In this document: piece after piece, positions 51,741 to 61,233 of the stretch
How positions within the stretch are numbered: position 1 is the stretch's first letter
Layout of the letters: each line of letters starts with the position of its first letter
NCBI GenBank assembly: GCA_963724295.1
Contig: CAVRUC010000002.1
Coordinates: forward strand, 64,001-128,000
Reading direction: 5' to 3'
Length of the DNA: 64,000 bases
Origin: an uncultured Chloroflexia bacterium
GTDB taxonomy: Bacteria > Chloroflexota > Chloroflexia > Thermomicrobiales > UBA6265
The notes under the pieces: generated by a model
Seen by the model: only the letters and a program-made list of their open reading frames with translations
The model's database searches: none
What the model was told of the DNA's origin: nothing
Program-made: the position numbers and the translations under genes

Positions 51741-52715
51741 ATGCCGAGCGACAGCCCTAGCGGCTCCTCTTCCACGTCCACGTCGAGTGCAAGTGCTGGT
51801 CCGGGCCGCGCGGCACCGCTGCCATCGCGACGGGGCGGTCTGGGCCGCGGTCTCGACGCGCTCATCCCCGCCTATGGTGAGGGTGCGGCGGCCACGCTCG
51901 ATATCGACATCGACGCGATCTCGCCGAACCCCTATCAGCCCCGCATCGAGATGGACCCGGAGGCACTGGAGACGCTCGCCGCCTCGATCCGCGTGCACGG
52001 GGTGATTCAGCCGCTGGTCGTCACCCAGGGTCCGGAACGCGGCCGGTTCGTCCTCATCGCCGGAGAGCGGCGCTGGCGAGCCGCCCGTCTGGCGGGACTG
52101 GGCGCCGTGCCCGCCGTCGTCAAGGATGCGGTCCCGCGCGCCATGCTGGAGCTGGCGCTGGTCGAGAATGTCGTGCGCGCCGACCTGGCGCCCCTCGAGG
52201 AGGCGGCCGCCTATCGCCAGCTCATCGACGATTTCGGGCTGACGCAGGCGGCCGTCGCCGAGCGCGTCGGCCGCTCCCGCGCCAGTGTCACCAACACCCT
52301 GCGCCTGCTCGCCCTCCCCGACCGCGTGCAGCGCGCGCTGGGAACGGGTGATATCAGCGAGGGACACGCCCGCGCTCTCCTCGGGTTGGCCACGGCGCCG
52401 GAGCAGGTGGCGGCCCTGGAGTGGGTGCTGGAGAAGGGGTTGAGTGTCCGCCAGACCGAGGATCTGGTCCGTCGCTGGGCAGCAGGCGAATCGCCGGCAG
52501 GCGGTCCCCCGCGGCCGGAACCCGCGACTCGAGGCGAGAGCGACCGTGATGCCGCGCTGCGCCAGGCATTCATCGACGGGTTGCAACGGGCGCTCGGCAC
52601 GCGCGTCGGATTTCGCCCGGCGAAAGAGGGCGGCGGCACGCTGACCATCCACTACAACTCCGACGAGGAGCTGAACGCGCTCTACGAAAAACTGGGCGGC
52701 GAAAACCTCTGGTAG
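51741..52715 (+). CDS. parB: ParB/Spo0J chromosome partition protein
   Basis: GGLGRGLDALI, NPYQPR, IAGERRWRAA, LVENVVRADL, HTH and ISEGHARAL. Confidence 0.93.
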   Translation: MPSDSPSGSSSTSTSSASAGPGRAAPLPSRRGGLGRGLDALIPAYGEGAAATLDIDIDAISPNPYQPRIEMDPEALETLAASIRVHGVIQPLVVTQGPERGRFVLIAGERRWRAARLAGLGAVPAVVKDAVPRAMLELALVENVVRADLAPLEEAAAYRQLIDDFGLTQAAVAERVGRSRASVTNTLRLLALPDRVQRALGTGDISEGHARALLGLATAPEQVAALEWVLEKGLSVRQTEDLVRRWAAGESPAGGPPRPEPATRGESDRDAALRQAFIDGLQRALGTRVGFRPAKEGGGTLTIHYNSDEELNALYEKLGGENLW

Positions 52716-52755
52716 TCCTGGTGACGTCGCAAGAGGGACAAGGGGAAGGGATCGA

Positions 52756-53049
52756 ATGATCGTCTTGATTGCGCAGCACTTCGCCAAAGACGGAAACGAG
52801 GAGGACGTCGCGGCGGCCCTGCGCGAGATGTCGGCCTACTGCAACTCCGACGCGGAACCAGGCTGCGTGATGTACGTCGTCAACCGCTCGACCGAGAACC
52901 CACGCCACTTTCTGATCTACGAGCAGTATGTCGACGAGGCGGCCCTGACGGCGCACGCCGAAACGCCGATGTTCAAGGAGACCATCCTGGGCCGCGAAGT
53001 TCCCATGCTGGAGTCCCGCGAGCGCTCCTTCTGGGAGGTCGTGGAGTAA
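52756..53049 (+). CDS. Antibiotic biosynthesis monooxygenase (ABM/YgiN-like) protein
   Basis: EPGCVMY...FLIYEQYVDEAALTAH. Confidence 0.85.
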   Translation: MIVLIAQHFAKDGNEEDVAAALREMSAYCNSDAEPGCVMYVVNRSTENPRHFLIYEQYVDEAALTAHAETPMFKETILGREVPMLESRERSFWEVVE

Positions 53050-53080
53050 ACGGATTGTCGAAGCCAGAGGAGCATCATCA

Positions 53081-54073
53081 GTGACGACGACAGCGCTCGA
53101 TCAAGGAATGATCCCCCACTTCCAGGTTCTTCCTGACTGGGAGCGCCTTCCCGCGGGATACCAGCACGGCGACGTGGTCGGGGTCGCCGTCGATTCCGGT
53201 GATCGCGTCTTTGTGCTGACCCGCCGCGATGCCCGCTGCATCATCTACGAGCCCGATGGAACGTTCGTCCGCTCCTTCGGTGAAGACGTCTTCACCGAGC
53301 GCATCCACGCCCTGACCATCGACGCCGATGATTTCGTCTACACCGCCGACGACGGCGATCACACCGTTCGCAAGTTCTCCCCCGATGGCGCGCTCCTGAT
53401 GACGTTGGGCACGCCGGGTGTCCCCTCCGACACCGGCTACGACGGCAAGGTCACCAGCAGCATCAAGCGCCTGGGTCCGCCGTTCAACCGGCCGACCAAA
53501 GTCGCGATCGGGCCGAACGGCGACATCTTTGTCTCCGATGGCTACGGGAACGCTCGTATCCATCGCTTCTCATCCGCCGGGGAGCTGATCGAGTCGTGGG
53601 GCGAGCTCGGGAATGGCCCGGGGCAGTTCAACGTCCCGCATGGCGTCTGGGTCGCCGATGACCGCGTCTTCGTGGCCGACCGGGAGAATGACCGCGTCCA
53701 GGTCTTCAGCCTGGGCGGCGAGCTGCTGGAGATCTGGGACCACGTCCAGCGGCCAACCGATATCTACGTCGACTCCCGAGGGCTGGTCTACATCTCCTCG
53801 CTGTGGTGGCCGGCCGGGGCGACGGACATGGGAAGGCCACCCTGGAAGTACGACCTCCCCGGCGGCGTCTACGTGCTCGATCTTGCCGGAAACGTGCTGC
53901 TGCATTGGTGCAGCGCCGATCGCTGCGCGCCTGGCGCATTCGTCGCGCCGCACTGCATCACGGCCGACTCCCGGGGTGATATCTACGTCGGCGAGGTGAC
54001 CTGGACCTACGGCCTGCCGAGAGGCTACGACCCGGAAACCTGCCACACCCTCCAGAAGTTCACCCGGCTCTGA
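53081..54073 (+). CDS. NHL-repeat protein (peptidyl-alpha-hydroxyglycine lyase-like)
   Basis: FNRPTKVA, VSDGYGNARI, FNVPHG and VADRENDRVQ. Confidence 0.88.
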   Translation: MTTTALDQGMIPHFQVLPDWERLPAGYQHGDVVGVAVDSGDRVFVLTRRDARCIIYEPDGTFVRSFGEDVFTERIHALTIDADDFVYTADDGDHTVRKFSPDGALLMTLGTPGVPSDTGYDGKVTSSIKRLGPPFNRPTKVAIGPNGDIFVSDGYGNARIHRFSSAGELIESWGELGNGPGQFNVPHGVWVADDRVFVADRENDRVQVFSLGGELLEIWDHVQRPTDIYVDSRGLVYISSLWWPAGATDMGRPPWKYDLPGGVYVLDLAGNVLLHWCSADRCAPGAFVAPHCITADSRGDIYVGEVTWTYGLPRGYDPETCHTLQKFTRL

Positions 54074-54176
54074 GGCTATTGGCTATCGTCTGGCTCTAGC
54101 TTTGGCTGCTGGCTCGCGACAAGTGGAGCGCCGTCCCCAACCAGTGCCATCCCGACGAGCGAGTCATCCCAAAGAC

Positions 54177-54668
54177 CGTGTCATCCCGACGAAGGAGGGA
54201 TCTCGTCGGCGTCAGGATCGGGATGCATGGGTGACAATGACAATCAGCCACAACCGGCGCCATCCTGCAAGAAGCGTCCCTGAGAGTGAGCCATGTCGCA
54301 ACACACTTATTGGGTGTACATCATGACTAACCAATCGGGAACCCTCTACATCGGCGTGACGGCCAACCTCCCGCGCCGAGTTTACGAGCACCGGCATCGG
54401 TTGGTTCCGGGATTTGCCACGCGCTACAAGATCGACCAACTCATCCATGCCGAAGAGTTTTCCGAGGTGCGCGACGCAATTGCTCGAGAAAAGCAGATCA
54501 AGGCGTGGCGTCGTTCACACAAAGTGGCGTTAGTCGATAGCGCGAATCCCGAGTGGAACGACCTCGGAGAGGAGTGGTTTGGGCCGAGAGACGCTATGTG
54601 ACCGGGACCACCTACGGTGCCGTACGATTGGAAGGACGACGAGATCCCTCCTTCGTCGGGATGACACG
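54177..54668. mobile_element. REP-like inverted-repeat element carrying a GIY-YIG nuclease
   Basis: Perfect 32-bp IR at 54177-54208 / 54637-54668. Confidence 0.7.
54293..54601 (+). CDS. GIY-YIG nuclease family protein
   Basis: YWVYIM..LYIGVT.NL.RRVYEH..AIAREKQIKAWRR..NPEWNDL. Confidence 0.93.
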   Translation: MSQHTYWVYIMTNQSGTLYIGVTANLPRRVYEHRHRLVPGFATRYKIDQLIHAEEFSEVRDAIAREKQIKAWRRSHKVALVDSANPEWNDLGEEWFGPRDAM

Positions 54669-54759
54669 AACTGCATGGCGCTGCATTGAGGTGTGCGGAA
54701 TCTTGCCGGACCCGGCGCATCAGTTTCCAGATGTCCGCGGGCACCGAATGCACCGCTAT

Positions 54760-55248
54760 TCACACCACTGATGGCGCTCGTTGCTCGGCGAGTTTCGCGA
54801 GTTGCTCCACGACCGTGCCCCACCCGTCGGCGAAACCCATTTGTTCGTGCATGGCCCGGTCGGCCCCGCTCTTGTGCATCACGTGGGCGACGTACTCCGT
54901 GCCCTGCGGATGCTCCTGTAGCGTGATGATCGCCGTCATAAATGGATGCTCTGCCGGTCTCCACCCCCCGAGCAGGGCATTGGTAAAGACGATCCGTTCG
55001 CCATCGACGATCTCCAGGAAGCAACCGCTCAGGTGTGGCACGAACTCGCCGCCGTCCTCACTGATCTGGGTCTCGAACGAGCCACCAGGGCGGAGGTCCA
55101 TTTCCAGGACCTTGCACCTCGCCGGCGCCGGAACCCACCACTGCTCGAAGCTCGAGGGATCCGTCCATGCGCTCCAGATCACCGACCGCAGCGCCTTGAT
55201 GACGCGCGATATCGTCAGGTCGAGATCCGGGTTGACCGATCGCATCAT
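54760..55248 (-). CDS. SRPBCC (AHSA1-like) domain protein
   Basis: DLTISRVI, AWTDP, QWW.P, DLRPGG and GFADGWGTVVEQL. Confidence 0.88.
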   Translation of the reverse strand: MMRSVNPDLDLTISRVIKALRSVIWSAWTDPSSFEQWWVPAPARCKVLEMDLRPGGSFETQISEDGGEFVPHLSGCFLEIVDGERIVFTNALLGGWRPAEHPFMTAIITLQEHPQGTEYVAHVMHKSGADRAMHEQMGFADGWGTVVEQLAKLAEQRAPSVV

Positions 55249-55589
55249 TCCTGTGTTTCCTCCACGCCGATTGCTTCGACAAACTGCTGGAGCCGGTCGG
55301 TGCGGCCTTCCCAGATGGCGCGTTGCCCGGAAAGCCATCGTTCGACGGCAGCAAATGACTCTTCTTCGATGGCGCAGATCCGCACGCGACCCACTTTGCG
55401 CGTGCGAATCCATCCGCTCTCTTCAAGGAAACGGATGTGCTGCATGAACGAGGGCAATGCCATGTCGAACGGCTTCGCCAGATCGCTGACACTGGCGGGG
55501 CCGCCCCCCAGCCGCCCCAGCACGGCCCTGCGGGTAGGGTCGGCAATCGCCTGGAAGATCCCGTTCAGCTGCCTCGCATCCTGCTCCAT
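55245..55589 (-). CDS. ArsR/SmtB family regulator
   Basis: FQAIADPTRRAVL...PSFMQHIRFLE..KVGRVR; translationally coupled to the SRPBCC gene. Confidence 0.9.
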   Translation of the reverse strand: MEQDARQLNGIFQAIADPTRRAVLGRLGGGPASVSDLAKPFDMALPSFMQHIRFLEESGWIRTRKVGRVRICAIEEESFAAVERWLSGQRAIWEGRTDRLQQFVEAIGVEETQE

Positions 55590-55611
55590 GCCGGCCACAA
55601 TATCATTTGAT

Positions 55612-55637
55612 ATTAGTTAGGTCAATGCCTAACTAAT
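55612..55637. promoter_or_regulatory. ArsR-type operator
   Basis: Perfect IR ATTAGTTAGG-N6-CCTAACTAAT just upstream of the ArsR gene. Confidence 0.7.
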
Positions 55638-55748
55638 GGCTTCCTGTTCGGGTCGGGGATCGGTACGCTAACCGGGCCGGCTGAGTCCCAACCCAGACAC
55701 GTTCTTCAAGCCCATCCAGGAATCCGAGCGATAAAAGCAATAGCGATA

Positions 55749-55790
55749 TTGACAAAATCAATCATCCATTGATACTTTATCAATCTTGAT
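55749..55790 (+). promoter_or_regulatory. Promoter and ATTGAT/ATCAAT operator array of the DUF2089 operon
   Basis: TTGACA-17-TACTTT overlapped by ATTGATActtTATCAAT and extra ATCAAT half-sites. Confidence 0.65.
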
Positions 55791-55861
55791 CTGCGGCGAG
55801 GGCGATCTTGTCGACCGCCGGAGTGACTTCAGAGGATCTGCGGCATGAGGGAGCCTTGCGT

Positions 55862-56266
55862 GTGACACTGCATCCGGTCATCGGTCGCTGCCCCGTCTGC
55901 GGAGACGAGCTGGCGGTGACCCGGCTCCATTGTGGGAGCTGCGACACCCAGATCGAGGGGCGCTTTCAGCTCGGGCGCTTTCAACGTCTCAGCGCCGACC
56001 AGCTCGCCTTCGTCGAGGTCTTCGTCAAGAACCGCGGCATCATCAAGGACGTCGAGGCGGAGCTCGGCATCTCCTATCCGACCGTCCGCGCTCGCCTCGA
56101 TGACGCCCTGCGCGCGATGGGCTTCCCGGCCGGCGGCGAGGACGACCCGCGCATCTCTCCTCGAGAGGCCCGCACCCAGGCCCGCGAGGAGCGGCGCCGC
56201 ATCCTCGAAGAATTGAAGGAGCAGCGGATCACCGCCGATGAAGCGGCCCGCCGCCTCGCCGGCTAG
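55862..56266 (+). CDS. DUF2089 zinc-ribbon/HTH protein
   Basis: CPVCG..LHCGSC.T.IEG.F; LGISYPTVRARLD; C-terminal SHOCT-like helix. Confidence 0.88.
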   Translation: MTLHPVIGRCPVCGDELAVTRLHCGSCDTQIEGRFQLGRFQRLSADQLAFVEVFVKNRGIIKDVEAELGISYPTVRARLDDALRAMGFPAGGEDDPRISPREARTQAREERRRILEELKEQRITADEAARRLAG

Positions 56267-56309
56267 TCCCACTCTGGACGCACCCCACCCGATTGAAGGA
56301 GATCACCCG

Positions 56310-56729
56310 ATGGTCGAATCCGTGCCCGTTCCTATTCGCTCATCCCAGCGCGATCAGCTTCGCGAAGAGCGCCTGGAGATCCTGCGCCTGCTCGAAGCCG
56401 GCACCATCACCGCTGACGAGGCGGCGACGCTGCTCGATGCCATCGATCGGGTCGCGGTCCCGCCACCGAACAGTGGATCGACTGCGCAGCGCAGCGCCGA
56501 GGCGCGCCTGGTCCGCATCCGGGTCACCGAGAGCACGACCGGACGCGTGGTGGTCAACCTCGCCTTCCCGCTCGGGCTGATCAAGTCCGGCCTCGACATC
56601 GCCGGCCAGTTTGTCCCGGAGTACTTGCCGAAGGTGGACGCGATTCGGGAAAGCGTCACCGCTGGTTTCCGCGGACCACTGGTCGACGTCGACGATGGTG
56701 GTCAACGGGTGGAGATCATCGCGGAATAG
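56310..56729 (+). CDS. SHOCT-like (YvlB/LiaX N-terminal) domain protein
   Basis: EERLEILRLLEAGTITADEAATLLDAI. Confidence 0.8.
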   Translation: MVESVPVPIRSSQRDQLREERLEILRLLEAGTITADEAATLLDAIDRVAVPPPNSGSTAQRSAEARLVRIRVTESTTGRVVVNLAFPLGLIKSGLDIAGQFVPEYLPKVDAIRESVTAGFRGPLVDVDDGGQRVEIIAE

Positions 56730-56796
56730 TTGGCGGCTCGGCGACCGCCGTTCTTGCCCCCGGAATGGGGACCGCCCAGCGCTCGGAGGAACTATC

Positions 56797-58083
56797 GTGA
56801 CGGACACTGCTGATACGGAAGGTCGGCGCGAGGAACGTATCCCGGTCGACCTCAACCAGCCGCTCGTGCTCGACGTCCACAATCCCAATGGCGACGTCAG
56901 CGTCCGTGCTACCGAGCGGACGGACGTGCTCATCAGCCATATCACACCCGGTTTTGGCGGAGACCCCGGCGACGAGGAGATCGGTATCGCGATCGACGCC
57001 CGCCAGAACCGGATCGAGGTCCGTGTCAACTCGGGCGCCGAAACCGGGTGGGCCGGCATCGCGGGAGACATCGATCTCGATACTGTCGTCGGAGAAATCG
57101 ATGCTGTCGTCGGACAGATCACGCGCGCATTCCGGCGCGGCGGCCACAGGGCCTCGGCCAGATCTGGCAGGGCGCGCGTCGCCGTTGGCCGCCATGCCTG
57201 GACCGACGTCACCATCGAGGTTCCCCAGGCGATCACCGGCCGGATCGGGGTCCACACCGCCTCCGGCGATGTCCGGGTCGAGGGCGTCACGAGCGAGATC
57301 GCGCTCAATACCGTGTCGGGTGACGTCCGGGTGATGCGCACCAGCGGCGATCTCGTGCTGCAGACCGCGAGCGGCGACCTTGCCATCGAGGGCGCGAGCG
57401 GTCGCCTCACCGCGCAAACCGCCAGCGGCGACGTCAATGTCACCTCGTTCCAGACCGAGGGTTTCGACATCCACACCGCCAGCGGCGATGTCCTCTTCAA
57501 CGCAATGCCGACCGGCAACGGTCCCTTCCGCTTCCAGACGGTGAGCGGTGACGTCCGCCTGGCACTGCGGCGATCGACCGCCGGTGGAACCGAGCCGGAC
57601 GCAACCCTCGCCTTCCACACGGTCTCCGGCGACGCCCACGTGACCCAACCGATCCGGAAAACCTCCCGTCGCCACTGGCAGGTCGGTTCAGGCGACAGAG
57701 GACCGCGCATCGACGTGACGACGGTCAGCGGGGACCTCGTCGCCGGGCTTGCGGCGGTGAAGAGCGACTTCGTTCCCTCCTCCACCCCGGCCTCACTGGC
57801 GGGCGATGTTCCACCGGCGCCTCCCGCGCCCCCCGCACCGCCGGCGCCGGCGAACGTCCCGTCGCAGCCATCCTCACCAACCGCACCGGCTCCGTTCACC
57901 ACGGGCAGGTCACGCGGTGAGGACGACGTCGTCGCGACCGATGCCAGACTGGAAGCGGCTCAGTCGCCCGCGGAGGAAGACGCCGTGCGCCTCGCCGTCC
58001 TGGAAGCCGTCGAGCGCGGAGAGATCGACGTCGAGGAAGCGCTACGACGACTCGAGGCGGTGGATTCAGTTCCAGGTACCTAG
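56797..58083 (+). CDS. DUF4097 beta-strand repeat protein with C-terminal SHOCT-like helix
   Basis: Repeated T[AV]SGD[VL] motifs; VLEAVERGEIDVEEALRRL. Confidence 0.88.
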   Translation: MTDTADTEGRREERIPVDLNQPLVLDVHNPNGDVSVRATERTDVLISHITPGFGGDPGDEEIGIAIDARQNRIEVRVNSGAETGWAGIAGDIDLDTVVGEIDAVVGQITRAFRRGGHRASARSGRARVAVGRHAWTDVTIEVPQAITGRIGVHTASGDVRVEGVTSEIALNTVSGDVRVMRTSGDLVLQTASGDLAIEGASGRLTAQTASGDVNVTSFQTEGFDIHTASGDVLFNAMPTGNGPFRFQTVSGDVRLALRRSTAGGTEPDATLAFHTVSGDAHVTQPIRKTSRRHWQVGSGDRGPRIDVTTVSGDLVAGLAAVKSDFVPSSTPASLAGDVPPAPPAPPAPPAPANVPSQPSSPTAPAPFTTGRSRGEDDVVATDARLEAAQSPAEEDAVRLAVLEAVERGEIDVEEALRRLEAVDSVPGT

Positions 58084-58150
58084 GAGCCGCTGGCCCCCCA
58101 GGGGACGCAACCCTATCCATCAGCAGTTCACGGCAGTGGAGAAGTCCGCC

Positions 58151-58396
58151 ATGTATCGCAGCACCTGGGAGCTCGACGCCTACGTCCGCCAGCACGTCGC
58201 TGACCTTGCCGAAGAGCGGCGGGCCTGCTCCCCGATTGCTCCCAGCGCTGATCGACTGCCAGGGCCAATCACCCAGCTTCGACACCGCCTGGGGATCGGT
58301 CTGATCAAGGTCGGCCACGCCCTTGCCGGGGTGGACGTGGGCCGGGGACTCCCTACGTCGCCTCCCCGGCCCGCGGCATGGGGATCCGGTTCCTAG
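58151..58396 (+). CDS. Small hypothetical protein
   Basis: MYRSTWELD...LRHRLGIGLIKVGHALAG; stop abuts the GNAT start. Confidence 0.55.
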   Translation: MYRSTWELDAYVRQHVADLAEERRACSPIAPSADRLPGPITQLRHRLGIGLIKVGHALAGVDVGRGLPTSPPRPAAWGSGS

Positions 58397-58918
58397 GTGT
58401 CCGGTAACGACCCTGATCTCTCCGTTGCCGTAGCCGGACCGCGGGACTGGCGGGACCTACGAGCGATTCGGCTGGAGGCGTTGCAGTCGGAGCCGGTCGC
58501 ATATTCCTCCTCGTACGAAGAGACGCTGGCCCGGCCGGACGAGCACTGGCGGCAACGGCTGGCGAGCGATCAGAGTGTGCACCTGCTTGCCAGAGCGCGC
58601 AGCCGCCCGATCGGCATGGTCGGCGGCTATCTAGGCGCCGATGAGGGAGATGAGAGCGTTGCCGTGGTCTTCGGCATGTACGTCACGAGTGAGTATCGAG
58701 GCCGGGGCATCGGCAGGTTGCTGCTCACCTCGTTGATCTATAGGTTGTCGGCGCTTCCGCACATCACCACGATCAGGCTCGGGTTTACCGAGACCCAGGA
58801 GCCGGCACGCGGGTTGTACGAGTCGATGGGATTCCAGGTCGTCGGCAAGACAGAGCACGGTATCGTGGTCGGTGACCGGCGTTACGATGAATTCATCATG
58901 GAACTTCGCGTTCGCTAG
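58397..58918 (+). CDS. GNAT family N-acetyltransferase
   Basis: GMYVTSEYRGRGIGRLL...ARGLYESMGF. Confidence 0.9.
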   Translation: MSGNDPDLSVAVAGPRDWRDLRAIRLEALQSEPVAYSSSYEETLARPDEHWRQRLASDQSVHLLARARSRPIGMVGGYLGADEGDESVAVVFGMYVTSEYRGRGIGRLLLTSLIYRLSALPHITTIRLGFTETQEPARGLYESMGFQVVGKTEHGIVVGDRRYDEFIMELRVR

Positions 58919-58957
58919 AGCGGCTCGAAGAATCATCACGATGGAGCTGACACGCCA

Positions 58958-59491
58958 ATGAGACCGGAGCGCTTTCGCGCAATCGTCGCGGTCCACCTGC
59001 TGCTCCTGCGAGGTGAGGAAGTGTTGCTGTTGCGGCGCGCCAACACCGGGTACGAGGATGGCAACTACAGCGTGATCGCCGGCCACCTCGACGGCAACGA
59101 GACGGCGAGCCAGGCGATGGTGCGGGAGGCGGCTGAGGAAGCGGGGATCGTGGTGAGACCCGCGGATCTTCGCTTCGCCCATTTCATGCACCGTAGGGAA
59201 GCGGCCGACGTGGACGAGCGTATCGACCTGTTCTTCGCGGCAACCCGGTGGCGAGGAGAGCCCAGGATCGGCGAGCCGGAGAAGTGCGACGAGCTGCGCT
59301 GGGCGGCTCGCGATGCGTTGCCCACGAATCTGGTCCCGTATGTCAGGCTGGCCCTCGAGCAGGTTCGTCAGAACCGCCACTTTTCAGAGTTCTGGCCGAT
59401 CCTCGGTCCGGCCGCCGGTGCTCAGAGTGGCGGTGGACAACCTGAGGCGGCCGACGTTCCCGCCGGCGGGGACCCGGCGCCCCGGAGTTGA
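58958..59491 (+). CDS. NUDIX hydrolase
   Basis: AGHLDGNETASQAMVREAAEEAG Nudix box; EPEKC. Confidence 0.9.
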   Translation: MRPERFRAIVAVHLLLLRGEEVLLLRRANTGYEDGNYSVIAGHLDGNETASQAMVREAAEEAGIVVRPADLRFAHFMHRREAADVDERIDLFFAATRWRGEPRIGEPEKCDELRWAARDALPTNLVPYVRLALEQVRQNRHFSEFWPILGPAAGAQSGGGQPEAADVPAGGDPAPRS

Positions 59492-60147
59492 ACGTGGATC
59501 GGCAACACGTCGTCGCCCGTACCCAGGCGTTTGTTCGTGGGCAGCTTGCGGGCGAGGCCAGTGGTCACGATTGGTGGCATGTCCATCGTGTGTGGCGGAC
59601 CGCCATCGACATCGGTCGAGAGGAAGGCGTCGATCTCTACGTGGTGGAGCTTGCTGCCTTGCTCCACGACATTGCCGACGCGAAGCTCCATCATGGCGAC
59701 GAGGAGATCGGTCCCCACACCGCCGCGGCCTGGCTCCGTTCCCTCCACGTTGCCGAGCAGACGGTCGAACACGTGGCCGCGATCGTCCGGGACATGTCGT
59801 TCAAGGGCGCCGGTGTCCAAACGCCCATGCCGACACGGGAAGGGATGGTCGTGCAGGATGCGGACCGTCTAGACGCGCTCGGCGCGATCGGGATCGCGCG
59901 AGCCTTCGCCTATGGCGGGTTTCGCGGCCGGGTGCTGCACGACCCCGACTCCTCACCGGTACTGCATGCCACGGTTGAAGACTACTTCTCCCACCAGGGG
60001 TCAACCCTCAACCACTTCTCGGAGAAGCTTCTGCTGCTGAAGGACCGCATGAACACCGAGTCCGCGCGGCGGATCGCCAGCGAGCGACACCAGTTCATGG
60101 AGCACTTCCTGACCCAGTTCTCTGCCGAGTGGCACGGCCATTCGTAG
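59488..60147 (+). CDS. HD domain phosphohydrolase
   Basis: GHDWWHVHRV, LLHDIAD and VQDADRLDALGAIGIAR. Confidence 0.9.
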   Translation: MNVDRQHVVARTQAFVRGQLAGEASGHDWWHVHRVWRTAIDIGREEGVDLYVVELAALLHDIADAKLHHGDEEIGPHTAAAWLRSLHVAEQTVEHVAAIVRDMSFKGAGVQTPMPTREGMVVQDADRLDALGAIGIARAFAYGGFRGRVLHDPDSSPVLHATVEDYFSHQGSTLNHFSEKLLLLKDRMNTESARRIASERHQFMEHFLTQFSAEWHGHS

Positions 60148-60242
60148 GATTGTTGGCGATCCGCTATGTACGCTGGCCGACTGACAACTGACGACTGACC
60201 ACTCACGACTGGCCGTCTCGCCGTCTCGCCGTCTTCCATTGA

Positions 60243-60701
60243 TCACGCAATCTCGAAGATCGTCTCCACTTCGATGGGCACGTTCGACGGCAGCGCCTGC
60301 AAGCCGACCGCCGAGCGGGCGTGGACGCCGCGCTCGCCGAAGACCTCGTAGAGCAGCTCCGAGAAGCCGTGCATCACCTGTGGCGTCTGCTCGAAGCCGG
60401 GAACGCAGTTCACCATTCCCAGCACCTTGACCACACGGGTGATCCGATTCAGGTCGCCGATCACCGCCTTGGCCTGCGCCAGCTGCTGGATCGCGCACAG
60501 GCGCGCCGCCTGGTAGCCCTCCTCGACGCTGTAGGTCTCGCCGACGCGCCCATGCCACGGCTGTCCATCCTGAGCGGGCGGGGTGGCTCCGGAGAGGTAG
60601 AGGAGGTTGCCCGTGATCACCCCGGTCGCCATGGCCGGGTGAAACGATCGTGCCTCAGGCAGCTCGATGCCAAGTTCCTGCAGCTTCTCTTCGGGTGTCA
60701 C
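60243..60701 (-). CDS. RidA family protein
   Basis: LYLSG, VVKVLGMVN, HARSAVG and LPSNVPIEVE. Confidence 0.9.
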   Translation of the reverse strand: MTPEEKLQELGIELPEARSFHPAMATGVITGNLLYLSGATPPAQDGQPWHGRVGETYSVEEGYQAARLCAIQQLAQAKAVIGDLNRITRVVKVLGMVNCVPGFEQTPQVMHGFSELLYEVFGERGVHARSAVGLQALPSNVPIEVETIFEIA

Positions 60702-60723
60702 GCGCTTTTCCCTCCTCCATCAG

Positions 60724-60759
60724 AAAACCGGGCTGAGAGTACTCTCAGCCCGGTTCTTT
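60724..60759. terminator. Intrinsic terminator downstream of rpsU
   Basis: Perfect palindrome aaccgggctgagagtactctcagcccggtt flanked by A/T tracts. Confidence 0.8.
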
Positions 60760-60801
60760 CACCTACACGTTGATGGTGCTGTGCTCTGAAGAAGCCAGCC
60801 G

Positions 60802-60987
60802 CTACGTCGTGGCGTTGCGGCGGCGGCGGCGCTCGGCCTTGCGGCGCTTCGCCCGGTTTTCTTCCTGAACGCTGATGAAGCGCAGGCCCCGGCGATGCTC
60901 GCGGATCACGCCCGAACGCTCGATCCCTTTGGTAAAGCGGCGGAAGAGCTGATCGAAGCCCTCCCCTTCGCGGAGTTCAACCCGCAT
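60802..60987 (-). CDS. rpsU: 30S ribosomal protein S21
   Basis: MRVELREGEGFDQLFRRFTKGIERSGVIREHRR...KRRKAERRRRR. Confidence 0.88.
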   Translation of the reverse strand: MRVELREGEGFDQLFRRFTKGIERSGVIREHRRGLRFISVQEENRAKRRKAERRRRRNATT

Positions 60988-61233
60988 GTTTCTGCAATCA
61001 CCCCCCCTCAGGGAGTCATTCTGGCCCGCGGGGACCCCACGGAACCTGGTACTACACTCAGGGACAACCCTGTATGATCGCCGGCATCGCGCCCGCGACC
61101 CAAGGCACAAGGATACCGTACGGACGGCATCTTGACGAGTGGGGGCAGCTATCGGCTATAGGCTTTCTCACGACTCGTCTTACCGACTTACTGACTTACC
61201 GACTTACCGACTCACGTCACCCGAGGAGCTTCC

